Positions 9,078 through 18,873 of a stretch of DNA of 32,893 nucleotides are shown here, one piece after another. Source of the stretch: Candidatus Eiseniibacteriota bacterium (GTDB lineage Bacteria; Chloroflexota; Limnocylindria; Limnocylindrales; CSP1-4); NCBI GenBank assembly GCA_035633135.1, contig DASQFM010000101.1, positions 1 to 32,893 on the forward strand. The letters are read 5' to 3'. The translations under genes were made by a program, and so were the position numbers. The notes under the pieces are model-generated. The model was not told the DNA's origin and ran no database searches. It saw only the letters and a program-made list of their open reading frames with translations. How positions within the stretch are numbered: position 1 is the first letter of the stretch; every line of letters starts with the position of its first letter.

Positions 9078-10324
9078 CCCGCGGCCGATCGGACCGGGAT
9101 CTGGGCGCCGCCATCGAGGCGTGGATGGCGGATGTCGCCTCCAACGCGGTGCCGGAGCGCCTCCTCGAGGAGTCGTTCAGCCGAACATTCGCGACGCGCC
9201 AGGTGCGGCTCTACCCGTGGGGCCGGCTCGCGCGCCTGGGGCGAGGGCGACGATCTCACCTGCGGGTTGGGATCGGTGCAGCGGTGGCTCTCGTCATGGT
9301 CGCCACCGTGGCCGGCTTGCTTGGTGGCGGTGCGAGCGTGAAGCCGACGCCCAGCGTGACCCCAAGTCCCAGCCCGACCCCCGAGGCATCCGTATCTGCT
9401 TCCGGGCTAACCCGCGTGTCTGTCGCGCCGACAGGCGCAATCGACGTCGTCGAGCCCGTCGCGCTGGTCACCGACGGCCTGGTCGTCTGGACGCTGACCG
9501 GGACGGGTCGCGCGGTTCGGATCGATCCAGCGACGAACCAGGCCGCGATGAGCGTCCAGCTCGGGGCGACGAGCGACCACTTCGCGGGCATCGCCGTCGA
9601 TCGCAACGGGGTCTGGGTCACTGATTCGGACACGAAGACGCTCTACCGCATCGATCCGACCTCCCTCGATGTGGTCGCCCGGATCCCCGCCGGCGAGACA
9701 CCCAAGGGAGTCGTCGCGATCGGAGAGGCAGTCTGGGTGGCCGATGCGCACGGTGGGACCGTCCTCCGCATCGATCCTTCCACGAACGCCGTTGTCGCAT
9801 CGATCGCTGTTGGGCCGACCGGCGGCTCCGGGCCGAGCTGGGTTGCGAGCGGTCTCGGCAGCATCTGGGTCGGAGTGCCGGACGCCTCCACGGCGGTCCG
9901 GATTGACCCGGAGACGAACACGATCGTGGCGAGAATCGTCATTCCCGGGCCCGCCGTGCCATGCGGCGGTTTCGCGATCCGTGGCGGGGCGGTCTGGATC
10001 TCGAGCTGCACTGAATCCACGGCTATAGCTCGCATCGACCCGGCCACAGACAGGGTCGTGGCGACCATCGATCTCGGCGGCCATGCGTCGACACCGGTCC
10101 TCATCGACGGCGTGCTGTGGGTCTCGCTCGATCTTGGCCGAGGCGTTCCAGGCTCGCTTGGCCGGGTGGCATCGGCGACCAACCGGATTGATCTCGAGCT
10201 GTCACTCGGGCCCAGCTTCGGAGGCGGCGGCGACATGGTCGTGGCGGCCGGTTCGGCGTGGGTCATCGACAGGGGCAACGATCGGGTGGTGCGCCTGTCG
10301 CTGAGCGCTTTCAGCCCGGGTTGA
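9074..10324 (+). CDS. putative anti-sigma factor: cytoplasmic N-terminus, one TM helix, extracytoplasmic 7-bladed beta-propeller
   Basis: The start overlaps the sigma stop (ATGA at 9074). TM helix VGIGAAVALVMVATVAGLLGG followed by a Ser/Pro linker. Seven repeats of the pattern VWV.D....v.RIDP.TN.VvA.I.vG. Confidence 0.7.
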   Translation: MTRGRSDRDLGAAIEAWMADVASNAVPERLLEESFSRTFATRQVRLYPWGRLARLGRGRRSHLRVGIGAAVALVMVATVAGLLGGGASVKPTPSVTPSPSPTPEASVSASGLTRVSVAPTGAIDVVEPVALVTDGLVVWTLTGTGRAVRIDPATNQAAMSVQLGATSDHFAGIAVDRNGVWVTDSDTKTLYRIDPTSLDVVARIPAGETPKGVVAIGEAVWVADAHGGTVLRIDPSTNAVVASIAVGPTGGSGPSWVASGLGSIWVGVPDASTAVRIDPETNTIVARIVIPGPAVPCGGFAIRGGAVWISSCTESTAIARIDPATDRVVATIDLGGHASTPVLIDGVLWVSLDLGRGVPGSLGRVASATNRIDLELSLGPSFGGGGDMVVAAGSAWVIDRGNDRVVRLSLSAFSPG

Positions 10325-10599
10325 ACGGGATGCCCGCGCCCACAGGGGCGGGCAGCTCACCAGGTCGCAGTCGGCCGATCGCCACCTATCGCCGGATCGC
10401 GGGCGGAACTGTCGTTCGGGCACCAGTGGCGCGAAGACCTTGAGGTAATTGGCGACGTGTTGAATTCCGTTCGCGCGCGCGGCGGCTCGCGCTCGCAGGT
10501 CGCGCATCCTTCACGTGCACTCCCACTTGACGCTATGTTCCGGAGGCGTTCGCGCCACGCCGGCTTGAGCCGCCCCGGCCCGCTACGCTGGCCGACAAC

Positions 10600-11838
10600 G
10601 TGGCAACCAGGGCGGGTTCCCGCTGGCTGAACCGGAACGTCGTGGCCATCGGCGCGACGAGCCTCCTCACCGACGCCAGCCACGAGTCGGCCACGACGGT
10701 GCTGCCCGGATTCCTCGCCGCCCTGGGACTGCCGCCGCTGGCCCTCGGCGTGATCGAAGGGACCGCCGACGCCGTGTCGAGCTTCGTCAAGCTGGGATCG
10801 GGCTGGCTGGGCGACCGGATCGGCCACCGCTTCGGGATCGCGGTCGGGGGCTACGTCCTGACTGCCAGCATGCCCCTGTTCCTCGCGGTCGCCACCTCCT
10901 GGCCGTTGGTCCTCGGTGGCCGCATCGTCGGCTGGCTCGGCCGCGGCATCCGCGTGCCCGTCCGGGACGCGATCCTCGCCGAGTCGGTCCCTCCAGAGGC
11001 ACGGGGCCGGGCGTTCGGGTTCCATCGGGCGGGCGACACCATCGGCGCCGTGATCGGTCCGATCATCGGTGTCGCGGTGCTGGCGTCGTTTTCCACGACG
11101 ACCGCGGACCCGCTGGCGGCATTCCGGGCCGTCTTCCTGCTGGCGCTCATTCCCGGTGCGCTGGGCGTCATTGCCTTCGCGTTCTTCGTTCGCGATCCCG
11201 GCGGCCGACTCGTCAGAAAGAGCTTCCGGGCAACGCTCAGCGGCATGCCCGACGCGTTTCGGCGCTTCCTCGTCGGCGTCGGGTTGTTCGGGGTCGGCGA
11301 CTTCGCGCCGAGCCTGCTGATCCTGGCCGCGACGGTCCTCCTGACCCCCAGCCTGGGAATCGTCGGTGCGGGCACGGTGGCGGGCATCCTGTACGTCCTC
11401 CGGAACATCGTGTATGCCGCCGCGTCCTACCCCATCGGCGCCCTGAGCGACCGGACCGGCAACGCGGTGGCCCTCCTCGCGCTCGGCTATCTCATCGGCG
11501 CCGCGGTGGCGCTCGGCGCCGTTGCCGCGTTCGCCTTCGATCTCGCCCAGCTGGGCTTTCTCGCGGCCCTCTTCGTCGGCTCTGGGCTCCTCGCGGCCGC
11601 CCAGGAGACGCTCGAGTCGGTGGCCACGGCCGATCTCGGCGGCAGCGACGCCAGGGCCACGTCGTTCGGCCTGCTCGGAACCGTCAACGGCCTCGGGGAT
11701 CTCGTTGCCAGCGCCGGGCTCGGGCTGGTCTGGACGGTGGTGTCGCCCGTTGCCGCCTTCCTGCTGGCCGCCCTGGCGATGCTGGCTGGCGCCGGGCTCG
11801 TCTTCAGCCTCGCCCGACAACCCCGAGCGGCCGGGTGA
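10600..11838 (+). CDS. MFS transporter
   Basis: About 12 hydrophobic segments. MFS loop motif GWLGDRIGHRF...GRIVGWLGRGIRVPVRDA. The long antisense ORF 10357..12087 is Arg/Gly/Pro noise. Confidence 0.85.
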   Translation: MATRAGSRWLNRNVVAIGATSLLTDASHESATTVLPGFLAALGLPPLALGVIEGTADAVSSFVKLGSGWLGDRIGHRFGIAVGGYVLTASMPLFLAVATSWPLVLGGRIVGWLGRGIRVPVRDAILAESVPPEARGRAFGFHRAGDTIGAVIGPIIGVAVLASFSTTTADPLAAFRAVFLLALIPGALGVIAFAFFVRDPGGRLVRKSFRATLSGMPDAFRRFLVGVGLFGVGDFAPSLLILAATVLLTPSLGIVGAGTVAGILYVLRNIVYAAASYPIGALSDRTGNAVALLALGYLIGAAVALGAVAAFAFDLAQLGFLAALFVGSGLLAAAQETLESVATADLGGSDARATSFGLLGTVNGLGDLVASAGLGLVWTVVSPVAAFLLAALAMLAGAGLVFSLARQPRAAG

Positions 11839-12800
11839 CAGACGAATCCCCTCGAGTGACCCAGTCCGGTCGCACGGCGCGACCGGGCCGACCGCTGCGC
11901 GTTGGGATCCAGCTGCCGGAGGTCGAGCGCGAGGTCCGCTGGCCGGAGTACCTGGCGATAGCGCAGGGCGCCGAGGCGGCCGGCTTCGACACCCTCTGGC
12001 TCGGCGACCACCTGCTGTATCGCCTCGCCGACGGCTCGACCCGCGGGCCGTGGGAGGTCTGGTCGATGCTGTCGGCCCTGGCCGCATCGACCTCCCGCAT
12101 CCGGCTTGGTCCGCTGGTCGCCTCGACGGCGTTCCATGCCCCGGCGCTGCTGGCGAAGCTCGCGGCCACGGTGGATGAGATCAGCGGCGGCCGGCTCGTC
12201 CTGGGCCTCGGCGCAGGCTGGAACGAGACGGAGTTCCGGGCCTTCGGCTTCCCGTTCGATCACCGGATCGATCGGTTCGAGGAGGCCTTCACGATTATCC
12301 GGACGCTGCTTCGCGACGGCGCCATCGACTTCGACGGCCGCTGGTATCAGGCCCGCGACTGCGAGCTGCTGCCGCGCCCCTCGCGACCCGGCGGGCCGCC
12401 ATTGCTCATCGGCAGCATCGGCCCGCGGATGCTGCGGATCACGCTGCCCTACGTCGACGCCTGGAACGTCTGGTATGCCGACGTCGAGAACAGCCCGGCG
12501 GGCCTCGAGCCGCGCCTCCGGCTGGTCGACGAGATCTGCGCCGAGGTCGGACGCGATCCGGCAGAGGTCGAGCGCACGGTCGCGGTGCACGTCCGCCTGC
12601 CCGGCGGTCGCGGCCGGGTGATGGGCGACTTCCGCCAGAACGCCATCCAGCCGCTGACCGGCACGAGCGCGGAGATCGCACACGGCCTGCGAGCCTATGC
12701 CCAACTCGGTGTCGCCGAGGTCCAGCTGGTCGTGGATCCGATCACGCTCGGCTCAATCGAGGCCCTTGGCGGCGTCCTCCAGGAGCTGGACGGCGCCTGA
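11835..12800 (+). CDS. LLM-class (luciferase-like) F420-dependent oxidoreductase
   Basis: RVGIQLPE...YLAIAQGAEAAGFDTLWLGDHLL...GRLVLGLGAGWNETEFRAFGFPFDHRIDRFEEAFTIIRTLL. The start overlaps the MFS stop (GTGA). Confidence 0.85.
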   Translation: MTDESPRVTQSGRTARPGRPLRVGIQLPEVEREVRWPEYLAIAQGAEAAGFDTLWLGDHLLYRLADGSTRGPWEVWSMLSALAASTSRIRLGPLVASTAFHAPALLAKLAATVDEISGGRLVLGLGAGWNETEFRAFGFPFDHRIDRFEEAFTIIRTLLRDGAIDFDGRWYQARDCELLPRPSRPGGPPLLIGSIGPRMLRITLPYVDAWNVWYADVENSPAGLEPRLRLVDEICAEVGRDPAEVERTVAVHVRLPGGRGRVMGDFRQNAIQPLTGTSAEIAHGLRAYAQLGVAEVQLVVDPITLGSIEALGGVLQELDGA

Positions 12801-13057
12801 GCCACGCGTCATGCAACTGCTCCGGATCTGGCGCGTCCGACACTCCGGCAAGCGCACTGAGCGGCCGAATCCGCGGTTTTCGTTGACCCGCCGCACCACA
12901 GAAGCCGGATCGGGGCGCAGCGGCTTCCCGGACGGGCACAAATCGGGGTCCCATGCCCGGAACCCCACAAGTACTATCCGAGGTCCGCGCCGCGGGCCGA
13001 TTTCCCCAGGATCGGCCGAGGCGGAGAAAAGAGGGTTTTGGAGGGTCGCGCGCGGTC

Positions 13058-14320
13058 TTGAGCGCCGAATCCGTCGTCGCTGCCATCGCAGCGTTACTGG
13101 TCCTGAACGTGCTCCTCGCGATTGCCACGCTGGGCCCGACCGTCCTTCGACGCGTCCGCGCGAGGAAGGCGGCCGGGGAGCCGCAGTTCCGGTCGCCCGG
13201 CGGCACTGGTGCGACGGACGCCGTCGCGGCGTTCGATCGTTCGGCTGTCGAACCCGCGGCCCGCACTGAGACCTACGACCGCGTCTTCCGCATCGCCAGC
13301 TGGACGTTCCTGCTCGTCGCGACGGTCATCGTCGCCGGCAGCGGGATGTGGACGGACAGGCTGCCCGAGATCGTGATCCTCGTGGCGATCACCGGCGCGT
13401 TCGTGCTGGTCATCCACGACATCCTGCCGGCCGGGACCCTGCGGCGCGTTCGGGCGGTCCTCCAGGCCGTCGTCGCGGTCGGCTTTGCAAGCATGCTGGT
13501 GGTCTTCACGGGGGGCTACGACAGCCCGTTCTTCTTCACCTTCCCGTTGATCGTGGCCGGCGGTGCCCTCGTCCTGGGTCCGCTGACCGGGCTGGCGCTC
13601 GTGATCCTTGCCGCGGCCGGCTACCTCCTGGCGGCCAGCTCCATCAACGGCATGCCCTCGGCGTTCCAGATCGTGGCGACGACGGTGAACCTGACGGGCC
13701 TGTTCCTGCTGGCCTACATCGCCTCGGTCGTCGCCCGCGAGCAGCGCGGCGCGCGCGACGCGGCGCTCCGGCTGTCATCGCTCGACAACCTGACCGGCCT
13801 GTACAACCGGACGTTCTTCTTCAGCGCGCTCGAGCGCGAGATCGCCCGTAGCGACCGGTCGGGTCGGGGGTTCTGCCTGGTGATGCTGGACCTCGACGAG
13901 CTCAAGGATGCCAACGATCGGCACGGCCACCACGCCGGCGACGCGGTCCTTCGGGCAGTCGCCGAGACCGTCCGCAACGGCATCCGCCGGATCGACATCG
14001 CGGCCCGTTACGGCGGCGACGAGTTCGTGGCCATCCTGCCCGAGACGGATCCGACGGGCGGCTGGGTCGTCGCGGAGAAGATCCGCCTGGGCGTCAACGA
14101 CGCGACGATCCCGGGCGTCGCCTTCCATCCGACGGTCTCCGTGGGTGTGGTCTCATATCCCTCCGACGGGCGGACTGCCGACGGGCTCATCGTCAGCGCC
14201 GACCGGGCGATGTACGTCTCCAAGCGAGGCGGCAAGAACCGCGTGGCCAGCGTCGGCGTGGAGCCGATGCCGGTGCCGATAGAGGTGGAGGAGAAGCGAC
14301 CCAGGGAGCGCGCCGGCTAG
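13058..14320 (+). CDS. diguanylate cyclase (GGDEF) with N-terminal multi-TM domain
   Basis: LTGLYNRTFF...LVMLDLDELKDANDRHGHHAGD...RRIDIAARYGGDEFVAILP carries an intact GGDEF motif and an RxxD I-site 5 residues upstream. Start uncertain: TTG 13058 after GGAGGG is preferred, and the ORF maximum is 12953. Confidence 0.85.
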   Translation: MSAESVVAAIAALLVLNVLLAIATLGPTVLRRVRARKAAGEPQFRSPGGTGATDAVAAFDRSAVEPAARTETYDRVFRIASWTFLLVATVIVAGSGMWTDRLPEIVILVAITGAFVLVIHDILPAGTLRRVRAVLQAVVAVGFASMLVVFTGGYDSPFFFTFPLIVAGGALVLGPLTGLALVILAAAGYLLAASSINGMPSAFQIVATTVNLTGLFLLAYIASVVAREQRGARDAALRLSSLDNLTGLYNRTFFFSALEREIARSDRSGRGFCLVMLDLDELKDANDRHGHHAGDAVLRAVAETVRNGIRRIDIAARYGGDEFVAILPETDPTGGWVVAEKIRLGVNDATIPGVAFHPTVSVGVVSYPSDGRTADGLIVSADRAMYVSKRGGKNRVASVGVEPMPVPIEVEEKRPRERAG

Positions 14321-14348
14321 CCCATCCCCGCGGTGTAGCATCCCGACC

Positions 14349-15560
14349 ATGACCGGCTTCTCCACCCGTGCGATCCGTGCTGCCTCGCGCGCTCCGGTGG
14401 TGGAGCAGCGCCCGACGTCCGTCCCGATCTTCCAGACCGCGACGTTCACCACCGAGGATGCCGAGCAGCTTGGCGAGGTCCTCGCGTCCGGCTGGGCCGG
14501 CTACGCCTACAGCCGCCTTTCGAATCCCACCACCCGGGCCCTCGGCGACGCCTTCGCGGAGCTCGCCGGCGGGGAGGCAGGCTATGCCCTGGCATCCGGC
14601 ATGGCTGCGATCCACGCGGCCTTGGCGAGTGTCCTGCGGGCCGGCGACCGGGTCGTCGCGCCGACTGCTCTGTACGGCTCGACCCGGACCCAGCTGATCG
14701 GCTACTTCGGCCGTTTCGGCGTCGAGGTCGAGATCGTCGACATCACCGATCTCGAGGCGGTCGATCGGGCCGTTCGGGCACGGCCGACCCGCGTCCTCTA
14801 CGCCGAGACGTCGGCCAACCCGACCACCTTCCTGGCCGATCACGGCGCGCTCGCCGAACTCGCCCACCGGAGCGGCGCCGTGTATCTCGTCGACAACACG
14901 TTCGCGTCAACCTATGTCTGCCGGCCGCTCGACCTCGGCGCCGATCTCGTGATCGAGTCGGCGACGAAGTACCTGGGCGGCCACAGCGATCTCATCGCCG
15001 GGGTCGTGGCGGGCCGCCGCGACCTGGTCGATGCCGTGGCCCACACCCAGGTCGACACTGGCGGTACCCTCGGCCCGCTCGAGGCGTTCCTGGTCCTCCG
15101 CGGGCTGTTGACGCTGGCGGTCCGGATGGACCGCCACGCCGCCAATGCCAGGGCACTCGCGGAATGGCTCGAGCGTCAGGACGGCGTGAAGGCCGTTCTC
15201 TACCCGGGGCTCGACAGCCATCCCCAGCACGACGTCGCGACACGCCAGTTCCGGCCGGGCAACGGCGGGGGGATGCTGGCCTTCGAGGTCGTCGGCGGCC
15301 GGGATGGCGGCGCGGCGGTGATTGACGCGATGACGCTGACGGAGCTCACGGCGTCGCTCGGCAGCGTCCACACGATGGTCGTCCACCCGCCGTCGACGTC
15401 GCAGCGCCAGCTCTCGGAAGCCGAGCTGATCGATTCCGGGATCACGCCCGGCCTGTTGCGGGTGAGCGTCGGCCTCGAGGACGTCGAGGACCTGATCGCC
15501 GACTTCGAGCAGGCCCTGGCGGCCGCTCGCGACGCGGCCTCCATCCGGGCCGGGGCCTGA
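14349..15560 (+). CDS. Cys/Met-metabolism PLP-dependent enzyme (O-acyl-homoserine sulfhydrylase / cystathionine gamma-synthase / methionine gamma-lyase family)
   Basis: FQTATF, YSRLSNPT and the PLP-lysine motif SATKYLGGHSDLIAGVV. ATG start. The exact reaction cannot be assigned from sequence alone. Confidence 0.9.
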   Translation: MTGFSTRAIRAASRAPVVEQRPTSVPIFQTATFTTEDAEQLGEVLASGWAGYAYSRLSNPTTRALGDAFAELAGGEAGYALASGMAAIHAALASVLRAGDRVVAPTALYGSTRTQLIGYFGRFGVEVEIVDITDLEAVDRAVRARPTRVLYAETSANPTTFLADHGALAELAHRSGAVYLVDNTFASTYVCRPLDLGADLVIESATKYLGGHSDLIAGVVAGRRDLVDAVAHTQVDTGGTLGPLEAFLVLRGLLTLAVRMDRHAANARALAEWLERQDGVKAVLYPGLDSHPQHDVATRQFRPGNGGGMLAFEVVGGRDGGAAVIDAMTLTELTASLGSVHTMVVHPPSTSQRQLSEAELIDSGITPGLLRVSVGLEDVEDLIADFEQALAAARDAASIRAGA

Positions 15561-15573
15561 CCGGCACCTTCCC

Positions 15574-17049
15574 GTGACCAGCCTGACCGCCGACCGGTCG
15601 GCCAACCGGTCGGCGGGTGGTGTCGAGCCGGGGATGCGGCTGGCAGGGCTCGCGGCGCTCGGCGGCCGGCGCCTGTGGCGCCTCTTCACCTCGGTCAACT
15701 TCGCTGTCGTCCAGATCGTCATGCTCGGGCTCCTGGCCGTTGTCGGCATGACCGTCCGGCAGCTGCCCGGGTTCGCCTTCCGTTCGCCGAGCGACTACGC
15801 CGTCGAGATGAACCGGCTCCGGAGCATCTACGAGCCGGCGATGGGGACGGGTCTCGTCGACCTGATGGAGCGGCTCCAGCTGTTCCACGTCTTCACCTCG
15901 ACGTGGTTCAGCCTGGGCCTCGTCGTCCTGGCCGTCTCGATCGTGATCTGCACCCTCGATCGGACGCCCCGGCTGTGGCACCAGGCGGCCGACATCCGGG
16001 TCGTCCAGCCGGATGCGTACTTCGATCCACGGCTACCCGACCGGGTGTCCATCGCGCCGGCCCCCGGCCTGTCGCCGGCGATCCTCGCCGAGGCGCTCCG
16101 GCGCCGCCGCTTCAGCGTCCGCGAGGTGGTCGGGCCCGACGGGCTGCGTTTCCTGTACGGCGATCGGAATCGATGGACGAAGCTCGCGACGCTGGTCTCG
16201 CACCTGGGGCTGATCCTGTTCCTGGTCGCCGGGGTCGTCACGGCCCGGCTCGGTGACGAACAGGGTCTCGTCGTCGCCGAGGGCGACACCCTGACGGTGC
16301 AGCCAATCGGAACGCCGGGCCTGCTGCTCGTCAAGAACCTCGCCTTCGAGGCGCCCGGGCTCGAGACCGGCAGCCCCAGCGACTTCACCACCGACCTGGC
16401 CGTCTATCGCGATGGCGAGCTGCTGGCCCGCAAGACGATCCGGGTCAACGACCCCTTGGCCGTCGGCGGCTACACGTTCCACCAGAACGGCTTCGGGCCG
16501 GCGCCCGACCTCGAGATCCGGGCGACCGACGACGGCAGCGTGCTGTGGTCGGGGCCCGTGCCGCTGACCGACTCGGCCGGCGGGCTGTCGTTCGGCGCCA
16601 TGCCGGTACCCGGCCGCTCGCTCGGCCTGCAGCTGCTGCTCGACCGCGGTCCCGGAGGCGTTGGAACCGTGCTCATGGTGCCCTACGCCGTGACCGGGAC
16701 CAATGCCGACGGGACGCCGAGGGTGCAGATGGGCTTCCCGGCCGCGATCGTCCGCGGGGAGACCCAGGCGTTGGAAGGGCTCGGGCTGTCGGTTTCGCTG
16801 CGCGGCTTCAGCGACTACACCCTCCTCATCGCCAAGCGCGATCCGGGCCAGCCGATCGTCTGGGCCGCGTTCGCCGCGCTGATCATCGGCCTGGCGATCA
16901 CGTTCTACCTGCCCCGGCGCCGCGTCTGGGCCCGCTTCCGTCCCGACGGCGGCCTCGACCTGGTCGGCCGTTCGGACCGGTACGTGGACTTCGACCGCGA
17001 GTTCGGGAGTCTCGTCGACGAGCTCATCGCGGCGCGCGGCCGGGCGTGA
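15574..17049 (+). CDS. resB: cytochrome c biogenesis protein ResB/Ccs1 (system II)
   Basis: FTSVNFAVVQIVMLGLLAVVGMTVRQL and FTSTWFSLGLVVLAVSIVICTLDRTPRL N-terminal TM pair. Large extracytoplasmic domain (YTFHQNGFG). C-terminal TM helix IVWAAFAALIIGLAITFYL. Confidence 0.8.
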   Translation: MTSLTADRSANRSAGGVEPGMRLAGLAALGGRRLWRLFTSVNFAVVQIVMLGLLAVVGMTVRQLPGFAFRSPSDYAVEMNRLRSIYEPAMGTGLVDLMERLQLFHVFTSTWFSLGLVVLAVSIVICTLDRTPRLWHQAADIRVVQPDAYFDPRLPDRVSIAPAPGLSPAILAEALRRRRFSVREVVGPDGLRFLYGDRNRWTKLATLVSHLGLILFLVAGVVTARLGDEQGLVVAEGDTLTVQPIGTPGLLLVKNLAFEAPGLETGSPSDFTTDLAVYRDGELLARKTIRVNDPLAVGGYTFHQNGFGPAPDLEIRATDDGSVLWSGPVPLTDSAGGLSFGAMPVPGRSLGLQLLLDRGPGGVGTVLMVPYAVTGTNADGTPRVQMGFPAAIVRGETQALEGLGLSVSLRGFSDYTLLIAKRDPGQPIVWAAFAALIIGLAITFYLPRRRVWARFRPDGGLDLVGRSDRYVDFDREFGSLVDELIAARGRA

Positions 17050-17125
17050 TCCTGAGGCCCGCGCCGAGCGTGACGTCCCGCTCGGCCGTGACCCTGCGAC
17101 CGATGCGGTCGCGGCGCGCCAGCGC

Positions 17126-18718
17126 GTGACCTCCCTCGCGGAGCTGCGCGCCGAGCTCCTGCCCGCGGCGCGGCCGGTATGGCCCGAAGCCGGCGCCGCC
17201 GCCGGCAAGGCTGCCACCGGCAATGCTCCCGCGGGCGATGCTCCTGCCGGCGCGGCGGCCGCGCTGCCGATCGCCTGGGTCCGGGTCATGAAGGCCCGCG
17301 TGCCGGCGTTCGATGCCCTCGAGGCGGGGGACCTGGCCATCGTTCCCGCGCCCGCGCTGGCCGTCATCGCCCAGGGATCGGACACCGTCGCCTCGCTGAC
17401 GGAGGCGTTCCTCGCCGCACCAGTCGCCGGAGTCCTGCTGGTGGAGGGCGAGCCCGTCGTGGAGCCGCAGGGCCCCGATCCCCTCGACGAGCTGGCGGCC
17501 GCCCTCAAGGAGGCGCGGCTGCCCTCGCTTCGGCTGCCACGCGCGGACACCGCCGCCCTCGAGCGCAGCATCATCGGCTTCATCGTCGCCCGCGGCGCGG
17601 AGCTGGAGCGTCAGGCCGGCATCCTGGAGAGCCAGCTCGAACGCCTGGCGATCGAGGGCGGTGGCGCGCCCGCGCTGGTGGCCGCGATGGCCGGGTTCCT
17701 GGGGCGCGCAGTGGCGCTCGAAAACGTGCGCGGCGAACCGCTGACGGTGCACGCCCCGCCCGAGGCGCCGGACGCGGGCTCGGCGGTCGCCCGGTACCAC
17801 GCCCGTCGGCGAACCGCGGTCGCGTTGCGCGTGCCCCTGCCGGGCGGCTCCGGGCCCGCCGGCGCCATCGCCCTGCTCGGCGACCGCCCGGTCAACGACC
17901 TCGGTCGGGTTGCGGTCGCCCGCGTGGCCGGCCTGCTGGCGCTCGAGCTGGCCCGCGACGAGGCCGTTCGCCGTGCCGGCGACGACGCCCGCCGAGGCGA
18001 CGCACTGCCGGGCGCCGGGCCGCCGTGGATCGTGCTGCTCGCCCGGCAGCGGATCCCGGGCGCCGACGACGACGCTCCGGAGGCGCGCGAGGGCCGCGAG
18101 ATCCTCCGGCGCGAGCTCCGGCTCCTCGCGCCCGCCCGCCGGATGGCCCTCCGCGGCGACGCCGACAGCCTCGAGATCCGGGCGGTGATCGCCCTGAACA
18201 TCCGGGCCGCCAGCGACTTGGCCGGTGACTGGTTCGGCGGCGAGGACGTCGAGCTGCCCGAACGGATCGCGGCGATGCTGGCCCGCACGGTTGCCGTGTC
18301 GCGTCCGTTCGGCGCGGCGGCGGATCGGCCGGCGGCCGAAGCGGAGGCACGCTCGACGCTGGAGGCGGCGCTGGCCCTGGCAGAGCCGCCGCGCCTCGCC
18401 CGGGCTGATCGCCTGGCCGTCTACCGCATGCTGGGCGGCCTGCACAACCTGCCCGACGGCGAGCATCTGGCGGCGACCCTGCTGGAGCCACTCCTCGGCG
18501 GGCGCGCCGACGTGCGCCGCGAGCGCCTGGCGACCCTGCGCGCGCTCCTCGACCACGGTGGCGTGAACGAAGCAGCCCACGCCCTCGGCGTCCATCGCAA
18601 CACGGTGGCCTATCGCATCCGCCGCATCGAGGCCGTCACGGGCTGGCGCCTCTCGGACCCGGAGCTGCGGCTGCCGCTCTCGATCGCGCTCAGATTGGTG
18701 CAAAGAGACCAAGTCTGA
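17126..18718 (+). CDS. PucR-family transcriptional regulator
   Basis: C-terminal PucR-type HTH: LRALLDHGGVNEAAHALGVHRNTVAYRIRRIEAVTGWRLSDPELRLPLSIALRL. GTG start. Ala-rich N-terminus. Confidence 0.8.
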   Translation: MTSLAELRAELLPAARPVWPEAGAAAGKAATGNAPAGDAPAGAAAALPIAWVRVMKARVPAFDALEAGDLAIVPAPALAVIAQGSDTVASLTEAFLAAPVAGVLLVEGEPVVEPQGPDPLDELAAALKEARLPSLRLPRADTAALERSIIGFIVARGAELERQAGILESQLERLAIEGGGAPALVAAMAGFLGRAVALENVRGEPLTVHAPPEAPDAGSAVARYHARRRTAVALRVPLPGGSGPAGAIALLGDRPVNDLGRVAVARVAGLLALELARDEAVRRAGDDARRGDALPGAGPPWIVLLARQRIPGADDDAPEAREGREILRRELRLLAPARRMALRGDADSLEIRAVIALNIRAASDLAGDWFGGEDVELPERIAAMLARTVAVSRPFGAAADRPAAEAEARSTLEAALALAEPPRLARADRLAVYRMLGGLHNLPDGEHLAATLLEPLLGGRADVRRERLATLRALLDHGGVNEAAHALGVHRNTVAYRIRRIEAVTGWRLSDPELRLPLSIALRLVQRDQV

Positions 18719-18873
18719 GCGGCAAATGGCGCCGCAGTTCGGCCTCGCCCGGAACCAGTCGGCTGCTACGCTAGCCTCCCGAGGCCCCGGCTCTGTCGTG
18801 ACTCGTGCGAGCCGCACAAACTGGGGGGCCGAGAACGCGAACAGCGGGCGTACACGCCCGGGAGGCAAGATCG

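Noticed and set aside
10332-10353. GC-rich stem-loop GCCCGCGCCC-ACA-GGGGCGGGC after the anti-sigma gene, considered as a terminator.
   Set aside because: The stem is bulged and no T-tract follows, so it is not convincing as an intrinsic terminator.
10202-10507. 101-aa minus-strand ORF in the gap between the anti-sigma gene and the MFS gene. Its start (MRDLRARAAARANGIQHVANYLKVFAPLVPE) looks slightly protein-like and the DNA is somewhat lower in GC.
   Set aside because: It overlaps the 3' end of the anti-sigma gene, has no recognisable motif or SD, and the rest of the translation is Arg/Ser noise. It could be a gene remnant, but I cannot support that.
12801-13057. The 250-nt leader upstream of the GGDEF gene, inspected for a riboswitch such as the c-di-GMP class.
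   Set aside because: Only short generic hairpins are present, and I could not recognise any conserved riboswitch core by eye.
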